Of a stretch of DNA of 53,067 nucleotides, positions 35,071-47,740 are shown piece after piece. The stretch spans positions 1 to 53,067 of the forward strand of contig MU271494.1 in the NCBI GenBank assembly GCA_021432655.1, given 5' to 3'. Numbering within the stretch: the stretch's first letter is position 1; each line of letters opens with the position of its first letter. The translations under genes were made by a program, and so were the position numbers. The notes under the pieces were generated by a model. That model saw nothing but the letters and a program-made list of their open reading frames with translations. It had not been told where the DNA came from and did not search any database. The stretch is from Atractiella rhizophila. Taxonomy: Eukaryota.

Positions 35071-36499
35071 ATGCCCACTTCTGCGCCAACCAACGACATC
35101 ACAATTATCCGCGTCCTGTGGATGTCATAGGCTCGGGAGGATACCCATACAAATACCAGATCAAATATCAACTGTATCAGCGGGATCTTTTCCGCTTTGC
35201 ACGGGTGGCGAAGTGTTGGAGGAATGCAGTTTCGGAAGTGTTGAGGAGTGGCTACCTAACCGCGAGGATCAAAAGTAAGAAGGGAGCGGAGGCTCTAATT
35301 GAGGTTCTGAGTGGCAGTGAGAAGAAAGGCTCAGCATGGAAGTTTCAAAGACTCGTGTTCGACTACGATGCTTTGTTGAAAGGTTCTAGAGGACAGAGCA
35401 AGTACATGTGCGAAAGGTTCGGAGCGACTCGAAAAGAAGCAAAGGAGTGGGGTCTACTAGTACCTACATGGAAGAATACTGTCGAGCTTCTGCGCCTTGC
35501 CGCGTGCAACGAGAATCTTCAGTTCCTCTCCTTAATCGATCCGTGGTTCAAGAGAGAGTGGGGAAATGATGACTTTGCTCCGTATCCCCATGCCCCTGTC
35601 AAGCCGGAGGGAAACATCATCCCCTTCCGCAGGAAATGTCGAATATTCAAAATGGCCTACCACTTGCCTTTCCAGTTTTGACCGAATTTGCCTTTCAAGA
35701 AGCATTGAACTTTCCCAAGCCCCTTCTCTTCTGCCTGCTTTCAAAGATGCCTCGGCTCAAGATTCTCGCTCTGGGGGATGCTTTTGATTCGTGGGATACA
35801 CAAGGAGGCTATCCTACGGAGCCTGTCTACCAACTTCACACCCTCAAGATGACCGCTGGAAGTCACTATCAACCCACGTTGATTGAAGAAGATTATAGAT
35901 TCATCTTGAACTCCTCCCTGCGCGCCAATTCGATCCAAACGTTCTCCCTTGTAGCTCGCCGCTATGGCGCAGACGAGAAACCTCTTTTTCCGGACGACAT
36001 GTTTGCACCTCTTGCCTCCAACCTCAGCAGTGCAACATTCATCGACATGTCGACGAAAGCAAACGTCATCATTGCCCATGCTCCAAAGTTAAGGGAACTC
36101 GTCAGGTTCGATAATCATAACCCCACCCTCCTCCCTGATCGCATGAAAGCGTTCCCTGCGGACGCGTCGATTGAGAGGATTTGGGACCGATACGTTCGAT
36201 CTAGGGATGAAGAGGTGGTGTCCGAGCTCGTGCATTGTGTAGAAATGGATAGCAAGGGAAGCTTCAAACACCTCAGGTTGATCAGACTTTCTGTAGAGCG
36301 AGGGTGTGACTTGTTTTCGAAGGAACAGCTTGAACCTTTCGTAGAAGCGTGTCAGAGACTGGGCGTTGAGATAGAGTGGGACACTGATGGTGGGTTCCAT
36401 TTCCGCCATTCTTCTCCATGGACTGTGTCCACCAGTGTCCCACGTGTTCCCCACAAGAACTCATCCATGGTTACGAACTCGATTGACTTAACGCACTAA
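35071..36499 (+). CDS. F-box-like / LRR-like hypothetical protein, two apparent frameshifts
   Basis: ORFs 35118-35681 and 35636-36499 overlap. The N-terminal QRDLFRFARVAKCWRNAVSEVL resembles an F-box C-terminal helix. Leucine-rich repeats (LTEFAF, MPRLKILAL, LHTLKM, APKLRELV, FKHLRLIRL) and the ending EACQRLGVEIEW are typical of basidiomycete F-box/LRR proteins. Confidence 0.6.
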
Positions 36500-37827
36500 C
36501 CTCGCACCATGCCATTTCGGATTGGCCTGGAAAGCTTGACTTTTATTTGATGCCTTGTTGATTCTTGGTTTCATTGATTTCCCACCTATCCTTCCTTCCT
36601 TTAGCCATCACGATGTCAATGTCAGAGTCCCTTCCCTCACAATTAAGCAACTTGTTCTGTCCCATTTTTTTGGGGGGAAATGAAGTTGACTTTTGGTGAT
36701 GTCATCTACATTAGCTTCGCAGAACCAAGTTGACCATAATCTGACGGCTCTTAAAAATGATTACAACAACAACAATAACAATTCTCATTAGGATTTGAAT
36801 TTCTTGTCTGGTCTTAGACAACTTGCTGTAAAGACACGGTCTCTGTATTAGAAGACAGAATGCTACTTACATGTTTTCGTGTGATACTATCTGCTCACAG
36901 CACCGATACCTGAAAATGATTGGAAGAGGGTATCACAACTTTTGAGGCATGCGGACGTAACCACTTGCATTCACCCAAACAAAGACCTCAAGCGCCAAAA
37001 TGAGGCAAGCTTCAAATGTCATAGTAGATATCAAGTCTGTGGTTGCCCATTTGCATAACCCATCTCTCTATTGATGTCGTCAAATATTGCATTCTAGTCT
37101 TGTCATATTGCTAGGATTAGTAAAATCACCCAGGTTCTTCCAAAGATCCAGTGTTGGCATCCGTTGCTAGCACGGGTAGATACAAAGGAGCAGTGCCATC
37201 ATTACACTATGGGTAATGTTTATGTTGTGTAATTAATGCCAAATGCATTAAATTATTAATGTAATGGATTTGACCATAGTGACCTTACCTGAGTACTGAC
37301 ATATCACTAACTCAACAACCGGTTTAATGGCTCTAATGCCTATAATGCTTAAATGTGACAAATCCAGCTTGAAAAGATCGGCCCTAAAAGTGATGACGAC
37401 GGCGACTGCTGCCTTGTTGCATGCGGCCCCAATCAACTTCGTTCTCCAGCGCTCCAGCACTCCAGCATTCTAGTTGCAACGGACATCACAACCCCAACGT
37501 CGCCCCGACACTCCTTCGTCTTCACTTTTCGGCGGCTTGAACCACAAGGTTTAGATTTTGCACAGCTGCAGAGTCCGAAGGTATTTGCGAAGCCTTTAGC
37601 GCAACCTAAGGCATCGACACGGTCCACCGCGGGGGACGCGGAGGTAACCATGCGGTTTTGTGGCCCCCAAGTCCAGACCGCAATCCGTCCTCGTCTCCTT
37701 CGACGAGGACCCGACCCCCAGCGAGGAACCGTACGAGGAGGCGGGGAGCCCACGGTGGTGTATCAAAGGTGACAAAGTTGCGAAATGTGGCTGTAATTGA
37801 CTCCTTCTTACGGTACTAGTAAGATGT

Positions 37828-38033
37828 TGTTGGATTTTGCAGTCTAGTTTCGTGCCACTCAGTGGCAAAGTTCTTTAGTTTTCTGGAATGTTCTACTATT
37901 TTCTAGTTGCCACTGCTGTAAGCTATATAAACACATAGAATTCCATTTCCTGGTGCTCATGCGTTTGTAAGAGCTCAGCCAAACGTAACCAAGTCGTACT
38001 TAGCTCCGCTCCTCAGCCCGTCGATTTCCAACA
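37828..38033 (+). mobile_element. Solo LTR (206 bp) with perfect 5-bp TSD GATGT
   Basis: TGTTGGA...TCCAACA ends, with gatgt at 37823-37827 and 38034-38038. Contains an internal tatataaa. A near-identical inverted copy lies at 49808-50011. Confidence 0.93.
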
Positions 38034-38065
38034 GATGTCATTAGAAATAAAATGCAATTTGAATT

Positions 38066-39380
38066 TTAAATGTTCTCTGAAGTCCATAGGGATATCACTT
38101 CCTTCTCATTGGTCTTTTGCTTCTTCTTCTTTGGTCTTTTCTCAATCTTGTCTGCCTTCTCAGCCTTCAACATCCCTATAAGCCCAGGCAAACTGGGGAG
38201 CATGCCCTGCTCGTGCCACAATCTCAACATGGTCTGAGATCGGAAAGTCTCGTCTTTCATTGAAAGGCAGAGGAAAGTGGCAATTTCCCCTCTATCTGAG
38301 AAGCTACGTTCAATGTCGGCCGTGTGTGCTGATGTTCATGTGAGCGGCACGAGCAGATTGACAACTAAGTACTTACCAGGGACTGCGGAAATGTCCATTG
38401 CGCACTGATGGAAACTCCTCTTAATAGCATCCGATGCTTTCTTGTAGTTTTGGTAGTGGTACTGAAGAGGATCAATTTTCTTCATAACTGGCTTTCCATG
38501 GACCTTGCACCGTAACGGATCAGGTTTGGCATGGATGAAGGTATTGACCGGATTCTCAATGCTGCTTGTAATATCTACAAATGTAGCGGCTAGCTGTGGA
38601 TCATACTGAGCCAGTGTATTGAAATCCTTTTCCCTCAAGTTATCAGGACATTTCCACAATCAGCACTTAAAATACCACCTCAGACGACACGGCAACATTG
38701 ATAGCTTCACTCAATGTCTCAGTTGCAGCTGGTTTGTAATGTGTATCCCAAAAGTTGTAAAGCGTTTTTTCAGCATCATTCATCCATTCCTCATCCCAGT
38801 TTATCAGCTTCAAATACTCCATGCGACGCTGTGGATGCAGGATGCAGCACTATGGTGTTCCAGTCAGCCATTAAATAATAACGAACAAGCTCAGGGGCAA
38901 ATTGACATACATAATGCCCAGATATAGAGGTGTGATTGATCAGCAAATTTCAGATAGTATTTGTCAAGGAACCTGTGAGCAATCTGAGCACGAGCTTGAA
39001 TTGCTGTGTGTGCTGTTGGCTTGACAATCAGTTTGGTAACAGGATCTTTATATTCCTTGTAGATGTGATGCATGGACCAGAACTACGATCTCTCCGAGGT
39101 TTGATCTGTCCGTCTTTGAAAATTCTAAGGTGATTTTTTTGGTCATCTAACTATAGTTATAACAAAGCCCTACAAAAAGCAGAGAGATACATAAGCAAGG
39201 TTTGGCCGCATCTTCTTTAGGATCTTCCATTCTGCTGCTGTTAACCTGCAGACATCCAAATTGAGAGTTGGGTCAGCACAAAGCTGAATGATAGCATGCT
39301 CCATTTTGAGTTCTCTTTCAATCATATCATCTTTACCATTCCATCTAGTTGGACAATGTTGAATCAACTTCAGTTCATCA
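38066..39380 (-). pseudogene. hAT transposase, C-terminal half with dimerisation domain
   Basis: LIQHCPTRWNGKDDMIER..LTAAEWKILKK, RFLDKYY, DPLQY..CAMDISAVP / ADIERSFS..LSMKDETFRSQTMLRLW. Confidence 0.88.
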
Positions 39381-41377
39381 TCTACATCAGTTTATCTTGC
39401 TTGCCAGAAAAGCGCATGGTGACCCAATTGGATAGTGAGGATGATGCCACTACTACCCTCGCCATCTCCTCCAAATGCCCTCATCTAAATCGAGAACTTT
39501 TGGAGCCAGATATCAAGCCACCTCCACTACCTTCTTTTTGGAACTTTATAAAATTGAACCAGTCCTCATCTTCCACAAGTATGGATGTGGAAGCACAACC
39601 ACCACCAGTTCCTCTGTCTATGAATGTCTTCCAATCTCGAACGTCACAAACCTTTACTTCAGCAATAGGCACTTTGTTTGCAGATTATCAGGAGAAGAGT
39701 ACAATTCAAATGTACTCTGATGCCTTCTGGAAGCTTGCAGCCTGCTGACTCCAGTTCAAAGCTACTTCTTCAATGACAGAGAAGCAGCTGAAGTTGTTTG
39801 CTGAGAACTATAATAACCCCCAGCTTATCTTGAACCCTGCATATTACAATGCAGAGAAGGGTGTTCTGAAAAACAAAATCATTCATAATGGTTTGGTGCT
39901 CAAAAACGGTTTATTTGCAATCGAGAAGGAGGTTGCTAGTCATATTCAGAGAATAGCCAGAGGAGACTGTGAGTTTGAACACTTTTATTGACAAGAAAAG
40001 GAATTTACTACAGTGTTGAGCAGCCATCAAACCATTCTGGAAACTACAAACAATACTTCCTCCACCAGTGAAAGTGACAGACATGAAGCCAACAAAGAAG
40101 GGCAATGGGGAAGTGGAGCATAGACGAGAATGGTAAAGAAGTTTTTCGTGGATATCAAGGATGGGAAAGTGCCAGATGCTGATCAATCGGTAAAGATGGT
40201 CAACATGCGAGTTTTCATGGCAATGACATGGGTAGAGGAAAAGATGGACTGGGTTTTGACAAAAGAAAGGTTGCATATTGAAGTGGGGAAGAGAAAGTAG
40301 TGGTTCACTTAGTGCATAGTCAGATGTGAATGGATATCTTTTGTGATTTTCAGTCTGGGACAAATAATGCACTAGCCTCCACTTTTGAAATTTTTATAAA
40401 GATCACGTCAATTATTCTAAAGCAAAGGCAAATTTTGAGCTTTTATTTGATCAATTACAGCTGCAGTTGCAAGAGGACTGAATGCACTGTTGTGGAGTCA
40501 GACAATGTAAATACAATGTGAGTTGATGCTCTGCTTTGTTTATATCCCCTCAATGCTAATAATCCTCATACATCGTGATAGCTAGCTCTCAGGCCTTATA
40601 TTCGATGTACTCACGCCTGAGATACGATGGATAATGGCGAAGTAATATGGAATCATATGTTTGACATATATAGGATGTGTATTTTTTCCTTCGCCTTTTT
40701 TGATGTTTGCTCACTCTTATTACGCATTATACGTAGTAATATCTAGCCCCCAAGCCCATCACTCCTCGCCCTCACGTCTAAATTACAATGGATAATGGGG
40801 AAGCAATGAGGAATTGTGTTTTTTGATGTATCTGAAGTGCGTATTTTGTCCTCCGCTTTTTTAATATTCGCTCATTCTCAATATACATTATACGTCGTTG
40901 AAGCTACATCTCAGGCCTCCCATTCGCGCTACTCACGTCTAAAATACGATAGATAATGGCGAAGCAATGTGGAATTGCATTTTTTGATGTATATGGGGTG
41001 TGTGTTTTGTCCTCCGCTTTTTTAATGTTCACTCATCGTTATTACATGTTATACAGGGCAACAACGGCATCATATACGTTGCGTTCAAGCGACTTAACAG
41101 GAAAACACATTGGGTATTGATGTCGGAAGGTGCGATCACATTTCAAGTTTCGATATACCCATATCTTTATTTATTCATTTATTTTTGCTTCAGAGACAGA
41201 CACATTCCTTTTCATAGACACTGGATCAGTCTAAATTATGTCCATGATGAAGCATTAATCATTACTACGTTTTTGCATTCCATAATATTCGATGTCGACC
41301 ACTTTTGTGTTTGCAGCCCCATGCAGCGCTAATCTCCCCGAAGTTGAGCGCAAAACCCTCGGCGCGACCAGTTTGCC
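39381..41377 (+). mobile_element. 3' portion of the satellite-tipped element (copy C)
   Basis: Near-identical inverted counterpart of 25956-27335, plus ~607 bp (39885-40491) missing from copy B. Ends ...cgaccagtttgcc. Confidence 0.9.
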
Positions 41378-41419
41378 GGACTTGGTGGCCTGCACCACAC
41401 GTAACGAACAACGAAATTA

Positions 41420-41770
41420 ATACAGGGCAGGAGATGGTCGCAGTGCACCTTCACGATGCCACCTTCGTTTCAAAATAAGAGACCTCCAACTTCTGAATAG
41501 CTTTTGAACTCGTTGCTCATGCGACTCTAATCGCCAGCATGTGGAATCAAGAATCATAATCGATTCTCAATAAACATTGGGGGGAGGTAGTTTGTAGGTG
41601 AGAGTGAGAGATGGGAAAAGATAATTACAAAGAGCTAGCTCGGCTACCACGACGTAAATATTACTTACTCACAAGGCAGCAACATGTCCACTGGACCAGG
41701 AGAGTGCGTGCGACTTCAACAACATCGAGCGCCTCGAGTCCTTCGTTTATGACCGTGTGAATGTGGGTCA
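41420..41770. repeat. Diverged dispersed repeat, direct copy at ~47340-47740
   Basis: Shared blocks ctccaacttctgaatag, ctctaatcgccagc, ggaatcaagaa and tactcacaaggcagcaacatg. Confidence 0.8.
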
Positions 41771-42074
41771 TCTGCGGTTGTTCATGCGGAAGTACAAATG
41801 GCAGTGCAGGCAGGAACAAAGCTGATTCCCCCTTCCCAACCCGCATTCCTGAGGGATAAGAACTATAGCAGTATATTTCTTGCTTGGTGGTCAATAGGTG
41901 GGTCGTTCGATATCAGCATTCTTGTCAGGTCCAGTTTGACAATAATCTAGATTCGGGCTTCTAAAGGAATCCTAAAGCTGCTCACCAGTTGCGCCGTGAA
42001 TCAGAAATATAAAGGTTCTTCGATGTAAACTTTGCTTTTCCTCGTCACAGCTGCCTGCAACAAAGAAAGACGGC

Positions 42075-43000
42075 ATGTCACCTCCTGCCCCCACAGCTCC
42101 AGAACAACCAGACCTCGCTCTCCAACGTGCAGCCATCGACGACTACTCTCTAACCGTACCTATCTAACCGGTTTGCGCTTTTCTACCTTCTGCACGTGAA
42201 CGACATTCACCTGGAGGATGGCAGCTTGCTATGCATTCTACGGTTGGGATTTCATAGTTACTTTCCCTCAAGAATACAAGACACTTTGGAAAGCACAACG
42301 TTGGACCGCCAGTCCGAGCTGCCTTCTTCTTCAACCGGTATCTCTCTCCTCTCCAAACACTCACTGCGTACATGGAAAGCTTATATGAGAATTATCAAGC
42401 TACTGGGGTCTCTTGGACTTCACATTGTTCACGTGTCTTGCCTGGCTCAAAGTTAACCCGAAGACTTGTGACAAAATTTACCTCATCAAACCAGGTGGTG
42501 GTATCGCTGTCTTTTGTGCGTCCCCATTCGTGTCTCAAGAGAATCCCTGACGCATTGTAACCGCAGTTAGTTCCGAATTCCTGCTTGCCGCAAAGGTATG
42601 GGCAATATGGGCCCGTCGACGATGGATCCCTTGGTTCTTTAGTGTATTTGCGGCAACTGGTTCCGCACTTGAGATCTGGGCACCGGTTGCGGACAAGCCA
42701 CTGCGTTTGTATGTTTTTTTTTTTTTAATTCGGAAGAGAGAGGCTGACAGATTTGAAAGACCCGAGGGGTTGAGAGGGTGCTTTTCTATCGGAGGAGGTC
42801 AGAGGTAGTTTGTGTTCATGTCAATCTGGCATGAACGAAGCTGATGTTCGACTTGTCAGAGCTACCTATGGGTTTTTTGGTTCGTGCTAGCGACGAGTTG
42901 TGAATTACATCGTTGCTGATATCATGGCAGTACAGGATGCCGATTCTCCTCTATGATACGACGGCAACCATATTTATAATCATGTCCGTCACCGTCACTT
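42075..43000 (+). pseudogene. DUF6533-type integral membrane protein, frameshifted
   Basis: MSPPAPTAPEQPDLALQRAAIDDY-/-SNRTYLT / ACYAFYGWDFIVTFPQEYKTLWKAQRWT-/-VRAAFFFNR / YWGLLDFTLF..CDKIY / EFLLAAKVWAIWARRRWIPWFF / MPILLYDTTATIFII. The 3' end is uncertain. Confidence 0.7.
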
Positions 43001-43299
43001 AATCCCCCCCTTGACTTATTGCCAAGTCGTCAACAGACCGCTCACCAATCACGAATCAAAGAAACCGCCGAAGCATGGGAAGAATGGAGAAGCCCTCTCG
43101 ACTACGACACCAAGACGATGGCGTCGATGTTGATGTTGGTGTCAATGCGTCCCCGGTCAGAGCTGGTATCCGTACGAAAGCGCGTCGCGACGGACGTCGA
43201 GAACTGGCGACTACTGGAATTCCTGGATTTATGAAAATTGCTGTCCGTGTTCCTTGCGGTTACTTTTCCGTTGTGCCTGGATATCGCTGATTCTTTTCA

Positions 43300-44760
43300 A
43301 TGATGGGATACACTCACCTTTTTTTGCGAATAGCATGCTACCTACTGGCGTCGCGGGTTTGGCAACGACTAACGATCCAAGTGACACTTCCAAGATCCTC
43401 CTCGGAACCTCGCCGACGCATTCCACTCGATTTTACCTTTTCCCCAATACGAATTCTAGCAGCTCTGCTCAAAACTCAACTAAATCGTACGGTGGCTGAG
43501 CCGGCCGTAAGCTTTGCTTCTTTGAAGCAGAATGAATCTAGTTTGATGTTGTTCCATCGGAGCCTCGCTGCGAATGAGCAGGTTGTAGCGTTTGCCAATC
43601 CTCAATTCCACGGATATGTCAAGCAGTCTGCCTTGCGTAACAATCTCTGCTAATCCTCTGTCAAAGATCCAGTGAGTTAATCGTTGTTGAAGGAGCATCC
43701 TTATTTATTTCGACTCCTCAGGCTTGCTCCCTGTCGCGCTCAACCAGAGGGATATTCTCAAAGTCAGTCTTTCTCACTCTATTGAATTCCACGACGTCCA
43801 ATGAGCATTCATGATATACTTCAGGCTTTGCGTATGATTCATCTTCTGGACAATTGAAGTCGTTCTACGCTCCTGGGGTCCAATTAGTTGCTAACGATGC
43901 GAACTCAACCACTACCAACTCCACCTCTAACTCCACCCTTCCAATTGCCCAAAAGTTTGGTTCAGACGCTCTCTAGCAATTCCACATCCCACTCAAATCC
44001 GACCGGGTCTACTCTTCCATCACCTCAGTCTCTTGTGGATGCTAATACTTCTGATAACTCGACCGCTTCTTCAAATACCGCTGCTCCTGACAATTTCTCA
44101 AACACTACGACCACGGCTACTAGTGTCCAACTCCACTTGATCCCTTAGTAGTATTGGCAGCAATTGTCTGCTGAGCGAAGGACTTATCCTGATTCGAACG
44201 CCACTCCCAGCATTGGTGCTTCTTCTGACTCGCCGCTGCTACCTCTTCGGTCACGGACTCAGGCTCGACTGGGACAGCAACTGATTCTTCGGCTTCCACT
44301 CCGACACCAATGAGCCTGGCTGACACTAAAGGGGACGAGGATTTTGCGGATGACGAGACGATGGTAGGTTCTGACACGGATGAATTGGCCACTGACTCTT
44401 CCAAGGCAGACTCAAGCGATGCTGAGATGTCTGAGTAAGTCACAAATCCCGCGTCTTTTTGCACTATCGGCTACCTTGTCCCCCGAAGGGAGACAGAGAC
44501 TCCCGCTGCTGCAGATGCTACGACAGCAACTGATGTGGCCCAGGATGGAGAACAAACGACGACTACTGCGACTGAAGCGCCGACATCTGCTTCCGGAAGT
44601 CAGTATCTCGCTGAGTACGCCTCCTCATAGTCCTTGATGGCTGAACGAAGGTGAGGTTGGTGCCAGATGATAGCTGCATAATCTATGGCAGAGACGGGTC
44701 TGTATTTGAAACCGAGACCAACCACAGAAGCTGAAGCTATCTGAAATGGTTAAATGTTTT
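43300..44760 (+). pseudogene. Ser/Thr/Asp-rich low-complexity protein remnant
   Basis: Broken + frames include GVAGLATTNDPSDTSKILLGTSPTHSTRFYLFPN, GFAYDSSSGQLKSFYAPG, NTSDNSTASSNT and DEDFADDETMVGSDTDELATDSS, with internal stops. Confidence 0.35.
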
Positions 44761-45099
44761 TTTTCCAGTATGGAACGACGTTCACGATTGCGACATCAAC
44801 TACAACATCATACTTCACAAGCCTTTCGCCCTGAGATTCAAGCCCATACTATATGAAGTCAGAATGACACACAAAACAACGGTACGAGTAGGAAGCCAAA
44901 ACAACAGCTAGAATCCCAAAAACTTTAGACCTCATAGCTGTGTACAGTCGACAAGTTCGAAATTGTGTCCGCTTTCTTCTCACCAAACATATGGTGAGAA
45001 TGCACCTTGACATCTTCGAGCTGTACTGCCTGTTCTATGACATCTGCCTGCTGCACAGACACCTCAGTAACCTCCGCCTTTTTCAGATCAGATCACGTT

Positions 45100-46630
45100 A
45101 ATACATGGAGATGAGGAAAGACGCACAAAGATTTGGTCGAATTGGGCTCTCGAGCGTTCGCGTGTAGATTGGGTATTCGCCCGCTCATGACTTGCAGCAG
45201 GGAGTTTGGTGGCGAAGGCGGCTTCGTACAGAACGAGTGCTGCTATCACGTAAAGCTATGCACATCTTTGCCCATCAGCCGCCTGTACACCATAGAAAGG
45301 ATTGATTCGACCTTTGCAATAAAATATCCAAACGCTCCCCATAGCCCCTGTACGCTTCATACCATCATCAGCATCATTGGTTTGGTGCATGAAACGAGGA
45401 CGACAAACTGGTTTCAGGATAATCAACAGCAGTTCCACCAGCTAATTTCTATAAGTTTCCGTAACTCCAATGATGGTCAACACACCTGTGTTATCGTTGG
45501 TATGAGTCCAGTTTCAAGGGTCAGCTTGCTAAAGTTTGTTGAGCGATGACATTAGCCCAAATAAAGCCTGAAAGCCTTACATGAACTATTCATGGGCTGA
45601 TCAGTTGATAACTTAGTATCACGGGAGGGACGCACTCTTGTGGCCATGAAACTGGTCTTTTGGAAATCTGATTTTATTTTGTGTTGTTGGAGATGATAAA
45701 CCATGCAAGCGCAGAGGATCACATCGACCCCCGTAGCACCTACCAATCACAACTTCAAAAGTTTCTATGAGGAATGGAGAAAGGGGCTTACAGCCCAGAG
45801 CTAGGATCGCTGGAACGATCAGATGTGGGAAGAAATCGACTATGGGTCCTGATTCAACGGTGGCACCGATGATGAAGCCAACGAGCTGTTTACAGGTCGT
45901 AAGCTCCGTTGCTGCATTTGTATGGATACAGGATTTACTGAAGCAATTATCAACGCTCCCGACACACAGAGGCACCTTTCCTCTTGTTAGTTTGAATTGG
46001 ACCAAGGGAGCGCACGTCGTACACATATGTAACAAGCCGCGCCAGATGATGGGACGGGTTGAACTTCTCTATACCTCTTGATAAAGTCATCAGACCGCAG
46101 AGGTACCGTGTGTCAGGTATGAGAAGTGACGTACCGAATAATTCGCAAGATGCGGTAGATGTAGAGCAGTTGGACGGACACCGTGAGAATGCCTTGAAAT
46201 ATTGTGGACGGGACTATTAAACGAGCTTTGAGACTTCCATAATATTGGACAGTTATGAAAGCTGACTGATTGAACGAGTGATAGGTATGAAAAACAGGTG
46301 CGGCCCATCAAGAGCAACACTTTGCATGTAGCTGACATAAAAGATGGACTTGTTCACGCTGCTCCCAGCTTCAACGGTCTGGGGGACGGGGAAGGGAAAC
46401 ACGGACGTGTCTCCAAAACTGATCCAGAACAGGGCCATCAGTATCCACCAAGATGTGGAGTACGAAGTCCCGCGGTCATGCATGAGCTTGAAGACGTGGA
46501 AGAACTGATAGAGGGATATCCCGAACAGGATGAAGCCTATGGAAGCTCCGATGATCGCAGGCAGAATGTGAAGTTGGTAAAATCCCTTCTCCCACGGCAC
46601 GAAAGTCGGATCTGGCGTTTCACTGCTCAT
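45100..46630 (-). CDS. DUF6534-type multi-pass membrane protein (multi-exon)
   Basis: MSSETPDP..ILPAIIGASIGFILFGISLYQFFHVF..ILMALFWISFGDT; GVDVILCACMVYHLQQHKIKSDFQKT; FSKLTLETGLIPTITQ / LVELLLIILKP / GLWGAFGYFIAK / LYVIAALV. GT-AG introns. The 3' end is approximate. Confidence 0.65.
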
Positions 46631-47339
46631 GTTTGCGATGGCGATGAGAAAAGCAAAGAGCGAACTGATTAATTTCCAGGACGAGGACGGGTCACAGCTT
46701 AAGTAGTAACAGTCCAACACACCCTGCAGCAAGAATGGTGCAAGATCACTCGATCACTTCTCGGAAACCGTTGTGATCTCACCCGTGTTGCTGAACAGAG
46801 CTTGAAAGTATTGAAAGCATTGAAGGGAGCCAAACTTTGTCCAAGTGAATACAACAGCTCAAAAGGCGTTCAGTGATAATCAGCAGCTTGGATCAGGACC
46901 AACCCTCAATTCATCGTTTGAATTTAGGAAAGAGCTCTATACTGCTTCTGGAGCTCCACAAAATTGCTCTGATATTTGCGGACATGGTATTCACACCTTT
47001 GAATCAACGGTGGGTGTGAGCGATCACCTCGATCATAGCGGAATCGAACTCAGGTTGCCACTGGCTTCGATTCATTTGAGTAAACTAAAAGCTCTCAGCG
47101 AAGCCACGGGATGACACATTTGCCCAGCTTCTTCTCTCTTGTTACAGTACTCCAACCCTTGGTATTCGAAGCCAAGCGCTGACCTGGAACATGAGAAGTT
47201 CCAGGTTGAGCAGTTGATCCCAACCAAATCTCATCGTTTCAAGAAACCGTCCCTCATGATCGAATGTGAGGGAGTACATACCCAAACTTCCGCTGGAGCG
47301 CGAACTGAGGCGACGCTACCCTCAACAGCAAAATTGATA

Positions 47340-47740
47340 CAGGGCAATACTCCTGGAGACGTTCGCAGCACACGTTCCCCTGCACCTTCCCACCCTCCTT
47401 ACAAAATGAGAAATCTCCAACTTCTGAATAGGTTCTGAAACTCGTATTATGCGTCTCTAATCGCCAGCGCATGCGGAATCAAGAAGCGCAATCGGTTTTC
47501 GACGAAGCGTTGGGGAAGAGGGGACGACTTGGAGTAACTTACCCCTTGTAGTTTGGAGGTGAGAGAGTGAGATAGAAAGATATTACAATGGCCTAGCTTG
47601 GCTACAACGACATAAATATTACTACTCACAAGGCAGCAACATGGGGAGCGCATGTGCGACAATGATTCATCAATATATACTTAGCGAGGCTCGACAAGGA
47701 GTCCTTCGTTCACGACGCCGTGTGAACGATGGTCATGTCT
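47340..47740. repeat. Diverged dispersed repeat, direct copy at ~41420-41770
   Basis: Same shared blocks as the 41.5-kb copy, with an extra ~25 bp near 47520-47547. Confidence 0.8.

Noticed and set aside
25956..41377. One 15.4-kb giant element (Starship-like or composite) with long TIRs capturing the cutinase and F-box genes
   Set aside because: The inverted homology includes coding sequence, and a third copy of the end exists at 15.5 kb. The outer flanks (ctctgaaag / ggacttgg) show no TSD, and no DUF3435-type captain was seen. A composite origin is not strictly excluded.
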